Positions 26,576 through 36,524 of a DNA stretch of 64,000 nucleotides are shown here, in pieces (the stretch's first letter is position 1; every line of letters starts with the position of its first letter). Made by a program: the position numbers and the translations under genes. The DNA comes from an uncultured Bacilli bacterium (GTDB taxonomy: Bacteria > Bacillota_I > Bacilli_A > RF39 > UBA660). The stretch is from assembly GCA_934097015.1 (NCBI GenBank), contig CAKONF010000001.1, forward strand, positions 65,082 through 129,081, written 5' to 3'. The notes under the pieces are model-generated. The model made no database searches and was not told where the DNA came from. It saw nothing but the letters and a program-made list of their open reading frames with translations.

Positions 26576-26707
26576 ATGGAAAAGAAAAAGATTATAATTA
26601 ATGGAATTGAAGAAGAAATATATGTTGTTAGTGATAAAGAAAAGGAAGATAATTTGGATTTAATAAATTTAGAAGATACTGTTGATTTATCTGAGGTAAT
26701 TAATCAT
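26576..26707 (+). CDS. 43-aa acidic small protein overlapping the start of the next gene
   Basis: MEKKKIIINGIEEEIYVVSDKEKEDNLDLINLEDTVDLSEVINHE. Its stop overlaps the ATG at 26706 (ATGAATGA). Confidence 0.35.
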
Positions 26708-28034
26708 GAATGAGTTTTTAGAAAGAATAAAGATAATTGCTAAATATAATCCCGGTTTATTAAATGATGATTTTTATGATATAGTTTATACTGAATTAAT
26801 AGGTTTTAATTTAGGACATAATCAAGAAAAATTTAAAAATATAAGTAATATGTTTAGTAAATGGATTGATAGAAATAATGTTAATGAAAGATTACGTACT
26901 TTTATAGATAATAGATATCCTTATTTTTGTCAATTTGTTAACCGTGGTGCTAAACCTATAAATAAAGATGCAATTAAATTATATATTCCACTTGATGAAG
27001 AGCATTTATATGAGGGTGTTAATAAATTATTTACTTTTATTACTAATATGGGTATTGAACATAATTCTAAAGTTGGTAGTGAAATTAGAAACGATAATGT
27101 TGTTATTAGAGTTAGTAATATTAAGGATGCTGAAACAATTATTAATTATGTTAAAAATGATAAATATTTAAGTGAAGGTTTACTTAATGTTAATCCATTT
27201 ACAATTAATTTAAATGGTGTAGGAATTGCTATGGATGGTATGCGTTCATATAATATAGAATTATCTAAATCTATTGCTAATTTTACTAAAATATTAAGTG
27301 AAAAAAATAGATTGGAAGATTTAAATGTAGATACTTTTAATGAATATTTAAATAATGTGAGAAGTAATGATAGAGATTTAAATATGATTAATGATATTCA
27401 AAAAAGAGTGACTGCAGGTCAAAGTTTTGATATGAGTTATGTTAAAGATATATTTTCTAAATATAATGGAAATGTTAATAATATAAATAAAGAAGGTATT
27501 TTAAAAGAGGCAATAATTGAAACATATAATAAATATCAAAGTATAGATCATGTTATTCATGCAATTGCTAGGTTTAGATATAATGGTGATGCTTGTGGAT
27601 TTACTAGAAATAATGGAGCAAGAGCTAGATTAGAAATGGGTTTAAGTTTAGAAGATGTTAATAATATTTTAAATAATTATCCGTATTATGGTGATAATAA
27701 GATTGAAGCATATATTAATAATTGTATAGGTTTAAATAATACAAAAGATGATAAATATCAATATTTAGTAAATGCTTACAAAGATACATATAATAAATAT
27801 GGTGATAGACAAGCTGATCTTGCTTTAAGAAAATATATTCTTAATAAAGAAGTAAAATACATTACTAATAGTAATGGCGCTAGAACTAATTTAGAAATGT
27901 ATTTAAAAGATAGTGATATAATGCAAACTTTAAAAAATGGAATGAATATAGATAGTTATTGTTCTTTAGAAGATATATGTGAAACTTTTATAAATGAAAT
28001 GCGACAATTGAATATGAGTCGTGGTAGTTATTAA
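26706..28034 (+). CDS. Hypothetical 442-aa protein with internal 'NGAR(A/T)xLEM' repeats, associated with the T7SS island
   Basis: 'GFTRNNGARARLEMGLSLEDVNNIL' and 'YITNSNGARTNLEMYLKDSDIMQTL' are repeated about 95 aa apart. There is no signal peptide or TM. Confidence 0.5.
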   Translation: MNEFLERIKIIAKYNPGLLNDDFYDIVYTELIGFNLGHNQEKFKNISNMFSKWIDRNNVNERLRTFIDNRYPYFCQFVNRGAKPINKDAIKLYIPLDEEHLYEGVNKLFTFITNMGIEHNSKVGSEIRNDNVVIRVSNIKDAETIINYVKNDKYLSEGLLNVNPFTINLNGVGIAMDGMRSYNIELSKSIANFTKILSEKNRLEDLNVDTFNEYLNNVRSNDRDLNMINDIQKRVTAGQSFDMSYVKDIFSKYNGNVNNINKEGILKEAIIETYNKYQSIDHVIHAIARFRYNGDACGFTRNNGARARLEMGLSLEDVNNILNNYPYYGDNKIEAYINNCIGLNNTKDDKYQYLVNAYKDTYNKYGDRQADLALRKYILNKEVKYITNSNGARTNLEMYLKDSDIMQTLKNGMNIDSYCSLEDICETFINEMRQLNMSRGSY

Positions 28035-28062
28035 ATTCTCAATTTTGTTGAGAATTTTTTTG
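28035..28062 (+). terminator. Intrinsic terminator
   Basis: aattctcaa-ttttg-ttgagaatt followed by TTTTTTT. Confidence 0.65.
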
Positions 28063-28077
28063 TGTTTTTGAAAAAGT

Positions 28078-28162
28078 CGTTAGAAAAATGTGTAATTTAG
28101 AACGAAAAATCGTTAGAAAAACGTGATTAGAATTTGACAAAATTCATATTTTTTTGTATTAT
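28078..28162 (+). promoter_or_regulatory. ackA promoter with two upstream 15-bp direct repeats
   Basis: CGTTAGAAAAATGTG (28078-28092) and CGTTAGAAAAACGTG (28111-28125). TTGACA (28134-28139) is followed by a 17-nt spacer and TATTAT (28157-28162). Confidence 0.5.
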
Positions 28163-28191
28163 ATAGGGCAATTACTTAGGAGGGTTTGGTT

Positions 28192-29421
28192 ATGGATAAT
28201 AAGTATTTAGTAATTAATGGTGGTAGTAGTTCATTAAAGTTTTCTTTATATGATAATAATAAAGAAGAAATAGTTAATGGATATATACAAAAAATTGGTT
28301 TAGAAGATAGTTTTTACACATTAAAATATGATGGTAAAAAAGTTGAAAAAAATTGTAAAATTATGAATCATATTGATGCTTGTAATGTTATGATTAATGA
28401 GTTGTTAGATAATGATTTTATTTTTGATATTAATCAAATTGCTGGTGTAGGTCATAGAGTTTTACATGGTGCTGAATTTTATAATGAATCTGTTATAATA
28501 GATGATGAAGTAATAAACAATTTAAAGTCTTTAGTAGATTTAGGTGGACTTCATTTACCTGGGGAAATATCTGTTATAGAATGTATGAAAAATATTCTTC
28601 CTGATGTTAAACAAGTTGCTGTATTTGATACTGCATTTCATCAAACTATGAAGAATGATAGATATATTTATCCAATTAAATATGAATATTATGAAAAATA
28701 TGGCGTACGTAAATATGGTTTTCATGGTACTAGCTATAATTATATTAATAATGTCATGAAAGATAAATTGGGTGTTAATAATCCGAATTTAATAGTTTGT
28801 CACATAGGTAGCGGAGCAAGCATGTGTGCAATAAAAAATGGTGAGTGCGTAGATACAACTATGGGTCTTACTCCATTAGATGGATTAATGATGGGAACCC
28901 GTTCTGGTTCAATTGATCCTGCTATTATAGATTATTTAGTTAATAAAACAGGTAAAAATGTTAGTACTATTACTGATGAATTAAATAAAGAATCTGGTAT
29001 GGTTGGATTGTGTGGTAAGAGTGATTTAAGAGATGTTGATATTTTAATTAATAATGGTGATAAAAAAGCTATACTTGCTATGAAAATTTATATTAATTCA
29101 ATTATTAAATATATTGCAGAATATTATTTCTTATTAAAGGGAGATGTTGATGCGATTGTATTTACTGCTGGTGTTGGAGAAAATAATAGTTATGTTAGAC
29201 GTGAAGTTGTTAATTATATTTCTGATGTTATTGGCAGTAAATTAGATGATGATATGAATAATCAAATTGCTGGTTTTAAAGAAATAAAAGAAGGTATAAT
29301 AACAACTAGTGATTCTAAATGTCCAATATATGTTGTTCCAACAGATGAAGAAAGTATGATATTAACTGATACTATTAGATTATGTGAAACTAATAAAAAA
29401 TTAGTAAAAAAAAGAAATTAA
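28192..29421 (+). CDS. ackA: Acetate kinase
   Basis: 'KYLVINGGSSSLKFSLYD' and 'VGHRVLHGAEFYNESVIIDDEV' are the acetate/propionate kinase signatures. Confidence 0.9.
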   Translation: MDNKYLVINGGSSSLKFSLYDNNKEEIVNGYIQKIGLEDSFYTLKYDGKKVEKNCKIMNHIDACNVMINELLDNDFIFDINQIAGVGHRVLHGAEFYNESVIIDDEVINNLKSLVDLGGLHLPGEISVIECMKNILPDVKQVAVFDTAFHQTMKNDRYIYPIKYEYYEKYGVRKYGFHGTSYNYINNVMKDKLGVNNPNLIVCHIGSGASMCAIKNGECVDTTMGLTPLDGLMMGTRSGSIDPAIIDYLVNKTGKNVSTITDELNKESGMVGLCGKSDLRDVDILINNGDKKAILAMKIYINSIIKYIAEYYFLLKGDVDAIVFTAGVGENNSYVRREVVNYISDVIGSKLDDDMNNQIAGFKEIKEGIITTSDSKCPIYVVPTDEESMILTDTIRLCETNKKLVKKRN

Positions 29422-29446
29422 ATTAAATAAAAAGGGGTTGTTTTAA

Positions 29447-30166
29447 ATGGTAATTAATAATAATTTTGTAGATAAATATGGTCATAAATATGATGGTGTA
29501 ATAGAAAAAGCTTTAACAAAAGATGAATTAAACAATATTGGTATATTTGTAAATCAAACAAAAAGGGAAGAAAATATATTCATAAAAACTAATGGAGTCT
29601 ATATATATCAAGATAAAGATAATTCTAATATTGGCTATAGGATATATGATGAATATGCTGATTATGGTTTTAATGGTTATGGAGATGCTAAGCTTATTTC
29701 TAATTTTAACAAAATAAGAGATAATGTAAAATTGACTGATTTACCTATAGGTGTTGTTAGTTCTGATGGAAATGTAGTTGGTCAGATAATACCTTATTAT
29801 CCTAATTGTGAAAGCGTTTATGATTATGCAAAAAGAACAAAAAATATTAATGTAATCAAATATTATAAAAAAATGATTAATATATTAAAAGAATTATATG
29901 ATAATGGTATGATATATGTAGATACTCATGCTAAAAATTATTTGATAGTTAAAAATGGTATTAAATTAATAGATTTTGATAGTAGCTATATTGATTTTTC
30001 AGATACTAAGTTTAAATATGATAGTATGATTTATACATTTGTTAGAATGCTTAAAATATTAAATGAGTTGCTTGGAATTGATTTTAATATAAACAATAAT
30101 TTTGTTCGTGATTTACAAGATATAGAAGAAGTAGTTGAAGAAATGGAGAAAAAGCTAGTTAGATAG
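29447..30166 (+). CDS. Protein-kinase-like fold protein (APH/Kdo-kinase/RIO-like)
   Basis: 'MIYVDTHAKNYLIVKNGIKLIDFDSS' resembles the catalytic loop (HxDxxxxN) plus the DFG-like 'DFD'. Confidence 0.4.
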   Translation: MVINNNFVDKYGHKYDGVIEKALTKDELNNIGIFVNQTKREENIFIKTNGVYIYQDKDNSNIGYRIYDEYADYGFNGYGDAKLISNFNKIRDNVKLTDLPIGVVSSDGNVVGQIIPYYPNCESVYDYAKRTKNINVIKYYKKMINILKELYDNGMIYVDTHAKNYLIVKNGIKLIDFDSSYIDFSDTKFKYDSMIYTFVRMLKILNELLGIDFNINNNFVRDLQDIEEVVEEMEKKLVR

Positions 30167-30236
30167 CGTTTTTTCTTGCAAAATTAAGTGTTTTGTTGTA
30201 TGATTAACTAGTTATAAAAAAAGGGAAGTGTTTAAA

Positions 30237-32039
30237 ATGGATAAAATAATTAATGTTGCTGTCGTTGCTCACGTTGATGCTGGAAAAAGTACTTTAGTAG
30301 ATGCATTACTTGAACAAAATGGTGTTTTTAGAGAAAATGAAGAAGTTGTAGATTGTGTAATGGATTCTAACGATCTTGAAAGAGAAAGAGGTATTACAAT
30401 TTATTCTAAGAATTGTGCTATAAGATATAAGGATTATAAAATAAATATTGTTGATACTCCAGGACATGCAGATTTTTCAAGTGAAGTTGAACGTGTTATT
30501 AAAACTGTTGATACAGTTATATTGATAGTTGATAGTGCTGAAGGTCCTATGCCTCAAACTAGATTTGTTTTAAATAAAGCTTTAGAGCAAAATTTAAGAC
30601 CTATATTATTTATTAATAAAATAGATAAAAAAGATGCTAGACCAGAAGAAGTTGTTAATATGACATTTGATTTATTCTGTGATTTAAATGCTAATGATGA
30701 ACAATTAGATTTTCCAATTGTTTATGGTATTGCAAAACAAGGTAAATCTACTAGAGATTTAAATAATATGGAAGATTCTATTAGTCCACTTTTGGATACT
30801 GTTTTAGAACAAGTAAAACCATTTGAAGGTAATGAAAATGATGATTTACAATTACAAATAAGTCAATTAGATTATGATGATTATATTGGTAGACTTGGTA
30901 TTGGTAGAGTTAATAAAGGAATGATTAAAGCTGGAGAAAATGTTACTTTAATTAGTAATGATGGTAAAGAATCTAGTTTTAGAATTAGCAAATTATTTGT
31001 TAATGAAGGTATTAATAGAGTAGAGAAGAAAGAAGCATATTATGGTGATATAGTTACTATTGCTGGATGTAGTACTATAAGTATAGGTGATACTGTTTGT
31101 AGCTTAGGAAAACCTAATCCATTACCTCCAATACATATTGATAGACCTACATTATCTATGAATTTCTTAGTTAACAATAGTCCTTTTGCAGGACAAAGTG
31201 GTAAGTTCTTAACTAATAGACATTTAAGAGAAAGATTAGAAAAAGAACTTGAAACTAATGTTGGTTTAGAAGTAGAAGAATTAGAAAATAGTGATGGTTT
31301 TAAAGTTAGTGGTCGTGGAGAATTACATTTATCTGTACTTTTAGAAAATATGAGAAGAGAAGGATATGAATTATCTGTTTCAAAACCTCAAGTATTGATT
31401 AAGGAAATTGATGGTGTTAAATGTGAACCATTTGAAAAAGTAATTGTTAATACTCCTAGCGATTATGCTAGTACAATTATTAGTGATTTACAAGAAAGAA
31501 AAGGATTACTTTTATCAATGCAAACTACTGATGATAATTATACTCATATGGAATTTAGTGCTCCTACACGTGGTTTAATTGGTTATAGAAGTGCATTTAT
31601 AACTAATACTAAGGGTGAAGGTGTTATGGTTCGTAGTTTTGATGAATATAAACCTTATGCTGGTGATTTAACTACTCGTAAGAATGGTGTATTAGTTTCA
31701 ATGGAAACTGGTAAGACTTTAGGATATTCTTTATTTAATTTACAAGATAGAGGTACTTTAATTGTTGGACCAGCAACTGATGTTTATGTAGGTATGGTAG
31801 TTGGTATAAATAATCGTGATAATGACTTAAATGTAAACCCTTGTAAAAATAAAGAAATGTCTAATACAAGAAGTAAAAGTAGTGATGATGCTATTCAATT
31901 AGTACCACCAAAAACATTCTCATTAGAAGAGGCTTTAGAATTTATTGAAGATGATGAATATGTTGAAGTTACTCCTGATGCTATTAGAATAAGAAAATCT
32001 ATATTAGATCCTAAAGATAGATATAGAAATAATAGATAA
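30237..32039 (+). CDS. typA: Translational GTPase TypA/BipA
   Basis: '[22 protein letters not shown]...[13 protein letters not shown]...VDTPGHADF' is the G-domain. Length about 600 aa. Confidence 0.9.
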   Translation: MDKIINVAVVAHVDAGKSTLVDALLEQNGVFRENEEVVDCVMDSNDLERERGITIYSKNCAIRYKDYKINIVDTPGHADFSSEVERVIKTVDTVILIVDSAEGPMPQTRFVLNKALEQNLRPILFINKIDKKDARPEEVVNMTFDLFCDLNANDEQLDFPIVYGIAKQGKSTRDLNNMEDSISPLLDTVLEQVKPFEGNENDDLQLQISQLDYDDYIGRLGIGRVNKGMIKAGENVTLISNDGKESSFRISKLFVNEGINRVEKKEAYYGDIVTIAGCSTISIGDTVCSLGKPNPLPPIHIDRPTLSMNFLVNNSPFAGQSGKFLTNRHLRERLEKELETNVGLEVEELENSDGFKVSGRGELHLSVLLENMRREGYELSVSKPQVLIKEIDGVKCEPFEKVIVNTPSDYASTIISDLQERKGLLLSMQTTDDNYTHMEFSAPTRGLIGYRSAFITNTKGEGVMVRSFDEYKPYAGDLTTRKNGVLVSMETGKTLGYSLFNLQDRGTLIVGPATDVYVGMVVGINNRDNDLNVNPCKNKEMSNTRSKSSDDAIQLVPPKTFSLEEALEFIEDDEYVEVTPDAIRIRKSILDPKDRYRNNR

Positions 32040-32200
32040 TAAAATGAGTTTCTAGTTTTTAGAACTCTTTTTTTATGCAAAAACATACAAGATAACATAC
32101 AAGATGATTGATAATTTAGTAGTTATTTTATAAAAAATTAGTGTAAAAATTAATTAATAAGTTTAAAGACTATAATAAAAGATGTTCAAGTAATTAAATT

Positions 32201-33445
32201 TTAAACATCTTTTTTCTTTGTAAATTCATTTGATAATAAATTGTTTTTTTCTACTCTTTTAAATCCCCATTTGTTGATTACTAGATCTAATTCTCCAATA
32301 TACTCAACTATTTCTGGATTAAATCCTATTTTAAATCTATTTAATCCTTTGAATTTAGATTCGTTTTCAAAATCATCTGCAATACCATTTATGTCGCATA
32401 TATTATAATCATTTTTATACATTTCAAATATTTTATGATGTAAGAAGTAATTTGGATTTAAATAATTATAATTTTTATCTACGCCAGCAATAAAGATACT
32501 AACTTTGTCCTTATATTTAACAGTAATTGCTCCAGCAATATAAGTGTCTTCACTTCTTTTCATTCCTTCTGTTGCAAATATAACATCTTGTTTAAACTGT
32601 TCTAATGCTCTATCTGAATTCATTTTTTCGTTCAAGTTTTTTTCACTAGTGTCTGTTCTTAAACGTGCATTTAATTCTTCATTTTTGACTTGTTCTTCTT
32701 CTACTCTTTTTTTTGCATTTATTAAATAAGTTTCATAATTTACTTTAACTAATAGTAAATCTGCTTTTTCTTCTCTTTTGAAAGCATTATAAAAATTTCT
32801 ATAATAATTTAAACTTCTATCTTTCATATTTTTAATGAATTCGTATAATATTTCTATTTTTGTTCCGTCTGCTACAACTAATTCTAATCCATTGTCTTCA
32901 CTTTTTAAAATATTACTTCTAAATTTTTTATCTAATTTATTAACATCATAGTCTTTCAAATTTACTAGTGCTGTTAATTTTGGTTGTAATAATTCAAGTG
33001 GATTTAATTCTTTTCTTTTTTTAAATCCTAAACTTTTTAAATTATCTAATATATTTATGTTTTCATTTGTTATTCTTTCAAAATTATTTTTATAATCTAT
33101 AGTAGCGATAGGTATTTCTGGATTAATTTTTAAGAATATTATTTTTTTTCTTTTATAATATTTTATTAGATTTCTTGTAAATTTTCTTACTAATTCAGTA
33201 TCTGTGTAATCAATAATATATCCTTTAGGGCAATATGCATAATAATATATTTTACCTATTTTTTTTGTTAAAAACATACCTGCTGCAAGAATTTCTAAAT
33301 CATTAGTAGTATAAGCAACGAATGAATAATCGAATCCTGTTTCTGACATAACCATACCGTAGCTTGCTGTTTGACAATAATTGCTATATGGATTTTTATT
33401 TGCAAATTCTTCAAATTTTTCTTTACTTATTTCTATCATTCTCAT
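32201..33445 (-). CDS. FemAB-family peptidoglycan interpeptide-bridge aminoacyltransferase
   Basis: 414 aa with FemAB-like N- and C-terminal acyltransferase halves and a central coiled-coil insertion (EEEQVKNEELNARLR...). Confidence 0.65.
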   Translation of the reverse strand: MRMIEISKEKFEEFANKNPYSNYCQTASYGMVMSETGFDYSFVAYTTNDLEILAAGMFLTKKIGKIYYYAYCPKGYIIDYTDTELVRKFTRNLIKYYKRKKIIFLKINPEIPIATIDYKNNFERITNENINILDNLKSLGFKKRKELNPLELLQPKLTALVNLKDYDVNKLDKKFRSNILKSEDNGLELVVADGTKIEILYEFIKNMKDRSLNYYRNFYNAFKREEKADLLLVKVNYETYLINAKKRVEEEQVKNEELNARLRTDTSEKNLNEKMNSDRALEQFKQDVIFATEGMKRSEDTYIAGAITVKYKDKVSIFIAGVDKNYNYLNPNYFLHHKIFEMYKNDYNICDINGIADDFENESKFKGLNRFKIGFNPEIVEYIGELDLVINKWGFKRVEKNNLLSNEFTKKKDV

Positions 33446-33608
33446 GCTTATTCACCTATATATAATTATAACAAATATGAAGCTTATTGACAATTTAATT
33501 TTTGTATGATAGATTAAATTTATATATTTATTATTTATTAGTTGAAATATTTTTTATTTTATGATAAATTAGTTATTGAAATTTGGTGATATAATGGAAG
33601 GTGATTAA

Positions 33609-33824
33609 ATGGAAACTGTATTAATGGTTGTTTCGATATTATTAATAGTATTAGTTTTATTACAAAGCAATAAAGCTAGCAATGGAGCACAAATAATAAG
33701 TGGTGGTAATGCTGATTTATTTTCTAAACAAAAAGAGAGAGGATCAGAATTATTCATTACTAGATTAACTGCTGTTTTAGGTGTTGTATTCTTTATAATA
33801 TCATTTATATTATATATTAAATAA
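33609..33824 (+). CDS. secG: Preprotein translocase subunit SecG
   Basis: 71 aa with two TM helices ('LLIVLVLLQSNKASNG...GG' motif). It sits upstream of rnr-smpB, as in other Firmicutes. Confidence 0.7.
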   Translation: METVLMVVSILLIVLVLLQSNKASNGAQIISGGNADLFSKQKERGSELFITRLTAVLGVVFFIISFILYIK

Positions 33825-33901
33825 GTTTACACTTTTAAGCATGAATATTATAGTATTTATGCTTTTTTAATGGTATAATTTTTAAAAGGGTATGTGATAT
33901 T

Positions 33902-36016
33902 ATGAAAGAACAAATAATTAATGTAATGAGTGACAGATATGAAGCACTTGATGTTATAGAAATTAATGATTTATTAGAATTAACTAGTCCAGAAGATTTA
34001 AGTAGATTAAATAATGTTTTATGTGAATTAGAAAAAGATGGTGTCGTTTATAAAACTAAAAAGAATAAATATATTTTATTTAAGAATTGTCCTAGTTTAA
34101 AATCTGGAGTATTGTCTTTGAATAAAAAAGGTTTTGGATTTTTAATTGTTAAAGATGGAGAAGATATATATATTGATAAAGATAATATTAATGGCGCTGT
34201 TAATGATGATAGAGTATTAGTTGAAATAATTAATAATCATGGTAAAACTGAGGGTAGAGTACTTAGGGTTTTAAATAGGGATTTAAGTAATTTAATTGGT
34301 GAAATATATTTTGCTGATAACAAACCTTTTGTTAAGTTGGAAGATAAGAATAAAAAGTTAGATATTAAGTTAGATTCTAAGAGTACTAATGGACTAGTAG
34401 AAGGTACTAAAGTTATTGTTAGCATAACTAAAGAGATGTCTAAGAATAAATATATGGGAAGAGTTACTACTGTTATAGGTCATAAAGATGATCCAGGTGT
34501 AGATATTAAGTTAGTTGCTTATAAATATAGTATTTATGAAGAATTTAGTAATAAAGCAATCGAACAAACAGAAGCTATACCTAGTGTAGTAAGTGATAAT
34601 GAATTAAAGGGTAGAACTGATTTAACTAATGAAGTTATATTTACTATTGATGGTGATGATACTAAGGATATAGATGACGCAATTAGTTATAAATTTGAAA
34701 ATGGTTTGCATATTTTAGGAGTTCATATTGCAGATGTTTCATACTATGTTACTGAAAATAGTTATCTTGATAAGGACGCTTTAAGTCGTGGTACTAGTTC
34801 TTATTTGGCAGATAGTGTTATACCTATGCTTCCTCATAAATTATCAAATGGTATTTGTTCTTTGAATGAAGGTGTTGTTAGACTTACTCAATCTTGTGTT
34901 ATGAAAATAAATAATGAAGGTAATGTTGTAGACTATGATATATTTCCATCATTTATAAAATCTAGAAAGAAAATGACTTATAAGAAAGTTAATGATATTA
35001 TTATGCGTAATATTGTTGATTCTAGTTATCAAGAATTTAGTGATATTTTAAAACAAATGAATGAGTTAGCTCATATATTACGTAGAAATAAAGTTAAAAG
35101 GGGTTATATTGATTTTGATTTAGACGAAGCAAAGATTATTGTTGATGAAGATAAGAATGTTGTTGGAATAGAAAAAAGAGTTAGAGAAGATGCAGAACGT
35201 ATGATTGAAGATTTTATGATTGCTGCTAATGAAACTGTTGCAACACATATTTATAATATGGATTTACCATTTATTTATAGAGTTCATGATGTTCCTAATG
35301 CTGATAAGATTGATAAATTCTTAAAATTAGTAAGTTTACTTGGATATAAAGTTAATGGAAAAGTTAAAGATTTAACTCCAGTAAGTATGCAAAAATTATT
35401 AAATCAATTAAAAGATGTTCCTCAATATAAAATACTTTCTAGTATGTTATTACGTAGCATGAGAAAGGCTGTTTATCAAAAAGATAATATAGGACACTTT
35501 GGATTAGGTAGCAAATGTTATACTCATTTTACATCACCTATTAGACGTTATCCTGATTTAGAAGTTCATAGATTGTTAAGAAAATATTTATATGAAAATA
35601 AAATTGATAATGAAACTATAGATTATTATAATGCTAACTTGGATTATATTGCAGGACAAGCTAGTGAAAGAGAACAGGCTAGCGTTGATGCAGAACGTGA
35701 AGTTGATGACATGAAAATGGCTGAATATATGGAAAAACATATTGGAGAAGAGTATGATGGTGTTATAAGTGGTGTAGAATCTTTTGGATTGTTTGTTGAA
35801 TTAGATAATTTAATTGAAGGCTTAGTTCATGTAAATAGTTTAAAAGGAGACTATTATAATTATGTTGAAGAACTATTATGTTTGATTGGACAAAATACTA
35901 AAAAACGTTATACTTTAGGAGATAAAGTTCGTGTAAAGGTTGTAGGCGCTAGCAAAGAGGCTAGAACTATTGATTTTGAGTTAGTGGGGGATAAAGATGA
36001 TGGAGATAAAGAATAG
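33902..36016 (+). CDS. rnr: Ribonuclease R
   Basis: RNB-domain motifs ('[16 protein letters not shown]', '[28 protein letters not shown]') and a C-terminal S1 domain. Confidence 0.9.
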   Translation: MKEQIINVMSDRYEALDVIEINDLLELTSPEDLSRLNNVLCELEKDGVVYKTKKNKYILFKNCPSLKSGVLSLNKKGFGFLIVKDGEDIYIDKDNINGAVNDDRVLVEIINNHGKTEGRVLRVLNRDLSNLIGEIYFADNKPFVKLEDKNKKLDIKLDSKSTNGLVEGTKVIVSITKEMSKNKYMGRVTTVIGHKDDPGVDIKLVAYKYSIYEEFSNKAIEQTEAIPSVVSDNELKGRTDLTNEVIFTIDGDDTKDIDDAISYKFENGLHILGVHIADVSYYVTENSYLDKDALSRGTSSYLADSVIPMLPHKLSNGICSLNEGVVRLTQSCVMKINNEGNVVDYDIFPSFIKSRKKMTYKKVNDIIMRNIVDSSYQEFSDILKQMNELAHILRRNKVKRGYIDFDLDEAKIIVDEDKNVVGIEKRVREDAERMIEDFMIAANETVATHIYNMDLPFIYRVHDVPNADKIDKFLKLVSLLGYKVNGKVKDLTPVSMQKLLNQLKDVPQYKILSSMLLRSMRKAVYQKDNIGHFGLGSKCYTHFTSPIRRYPDLEVHRLLRKYLYENKIDNETIDYYNANLDYIAGQASEREQASVDAEREVDDMKMAEYMEKHIGEEYDGVISGVESFGLFVELDNLIEGLVHVNSLKGDYYNYVEELLCLIGQNTKKRYTLGDKVRVKVVGASKEARTIDFELVGDKDDGDKE

Positions 36017-36434
36017 AAAAGCATATTTTGATTATTTTATTGAAAGAGAAATTGAATGTGGTATAGTTTTATCTGGTACAGAAATTAAATCAATTAGAAA
36101 AGGTAGTGCCAATTTAAAAGATACATATGCTAGAATTAAAAATGGTGAAGTATTTATTATAAATATGTATATTGCCCCTTATGAAGAGGGGAATAGATAT
36201 AATGTTCCTGAAAGAAGAGAAAGAAAACTTTTATTAAAAAGAAATGAAATCGTTAAATTGAAAAGTGAAGTAATGAAAGATGGATATAGTTTGATACCAC
36301 TTAAATTATATTTTAAAGGAAATTATGCTAAAGTACTTCTTGGATTATGTAAGGGCAAAAAACTATATGATAAAAGAGAAAGTATTAAGGAACGTGATTT
36401 AAAAAGAGAAAATAAAAATATTAGTGTTTACTAG
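35997..36434 (+). CDS. smpB: SsrA-binding protein SmpB
   Basis: '[31 protein letters not shown]' is the SmpB signature. It overlaps the end of rnr. Confidence 0.85.
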   Translation: MMEIKNRKAYFDYFIEREIECGIVLSGTEIKSIRKGSANLKDTYARIKNGEVFIINMYIAPYEEGNRYNVPERRERKLLLKRNEIVKLKSEVMKDGYSLIPLKLYFKGNYAKVLLGLCKGKKLYDKRESIKERDLKRENKNISVY

Positions 36435-36524
36435 TATTTTTTTTGGAAATTGAAATATTGTGTAAAACTTATTATTTATTAACAATATTTTTATGTTATA
36501 CTTATTATAGTATAGAGGTCTAAT

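Noticed and set aside
36435-36524. tmRNA (ssrA) expected downstream of smpB
   Set aside because: The intergenic space is only about 90 nt, far too short for ssrA. None was found.
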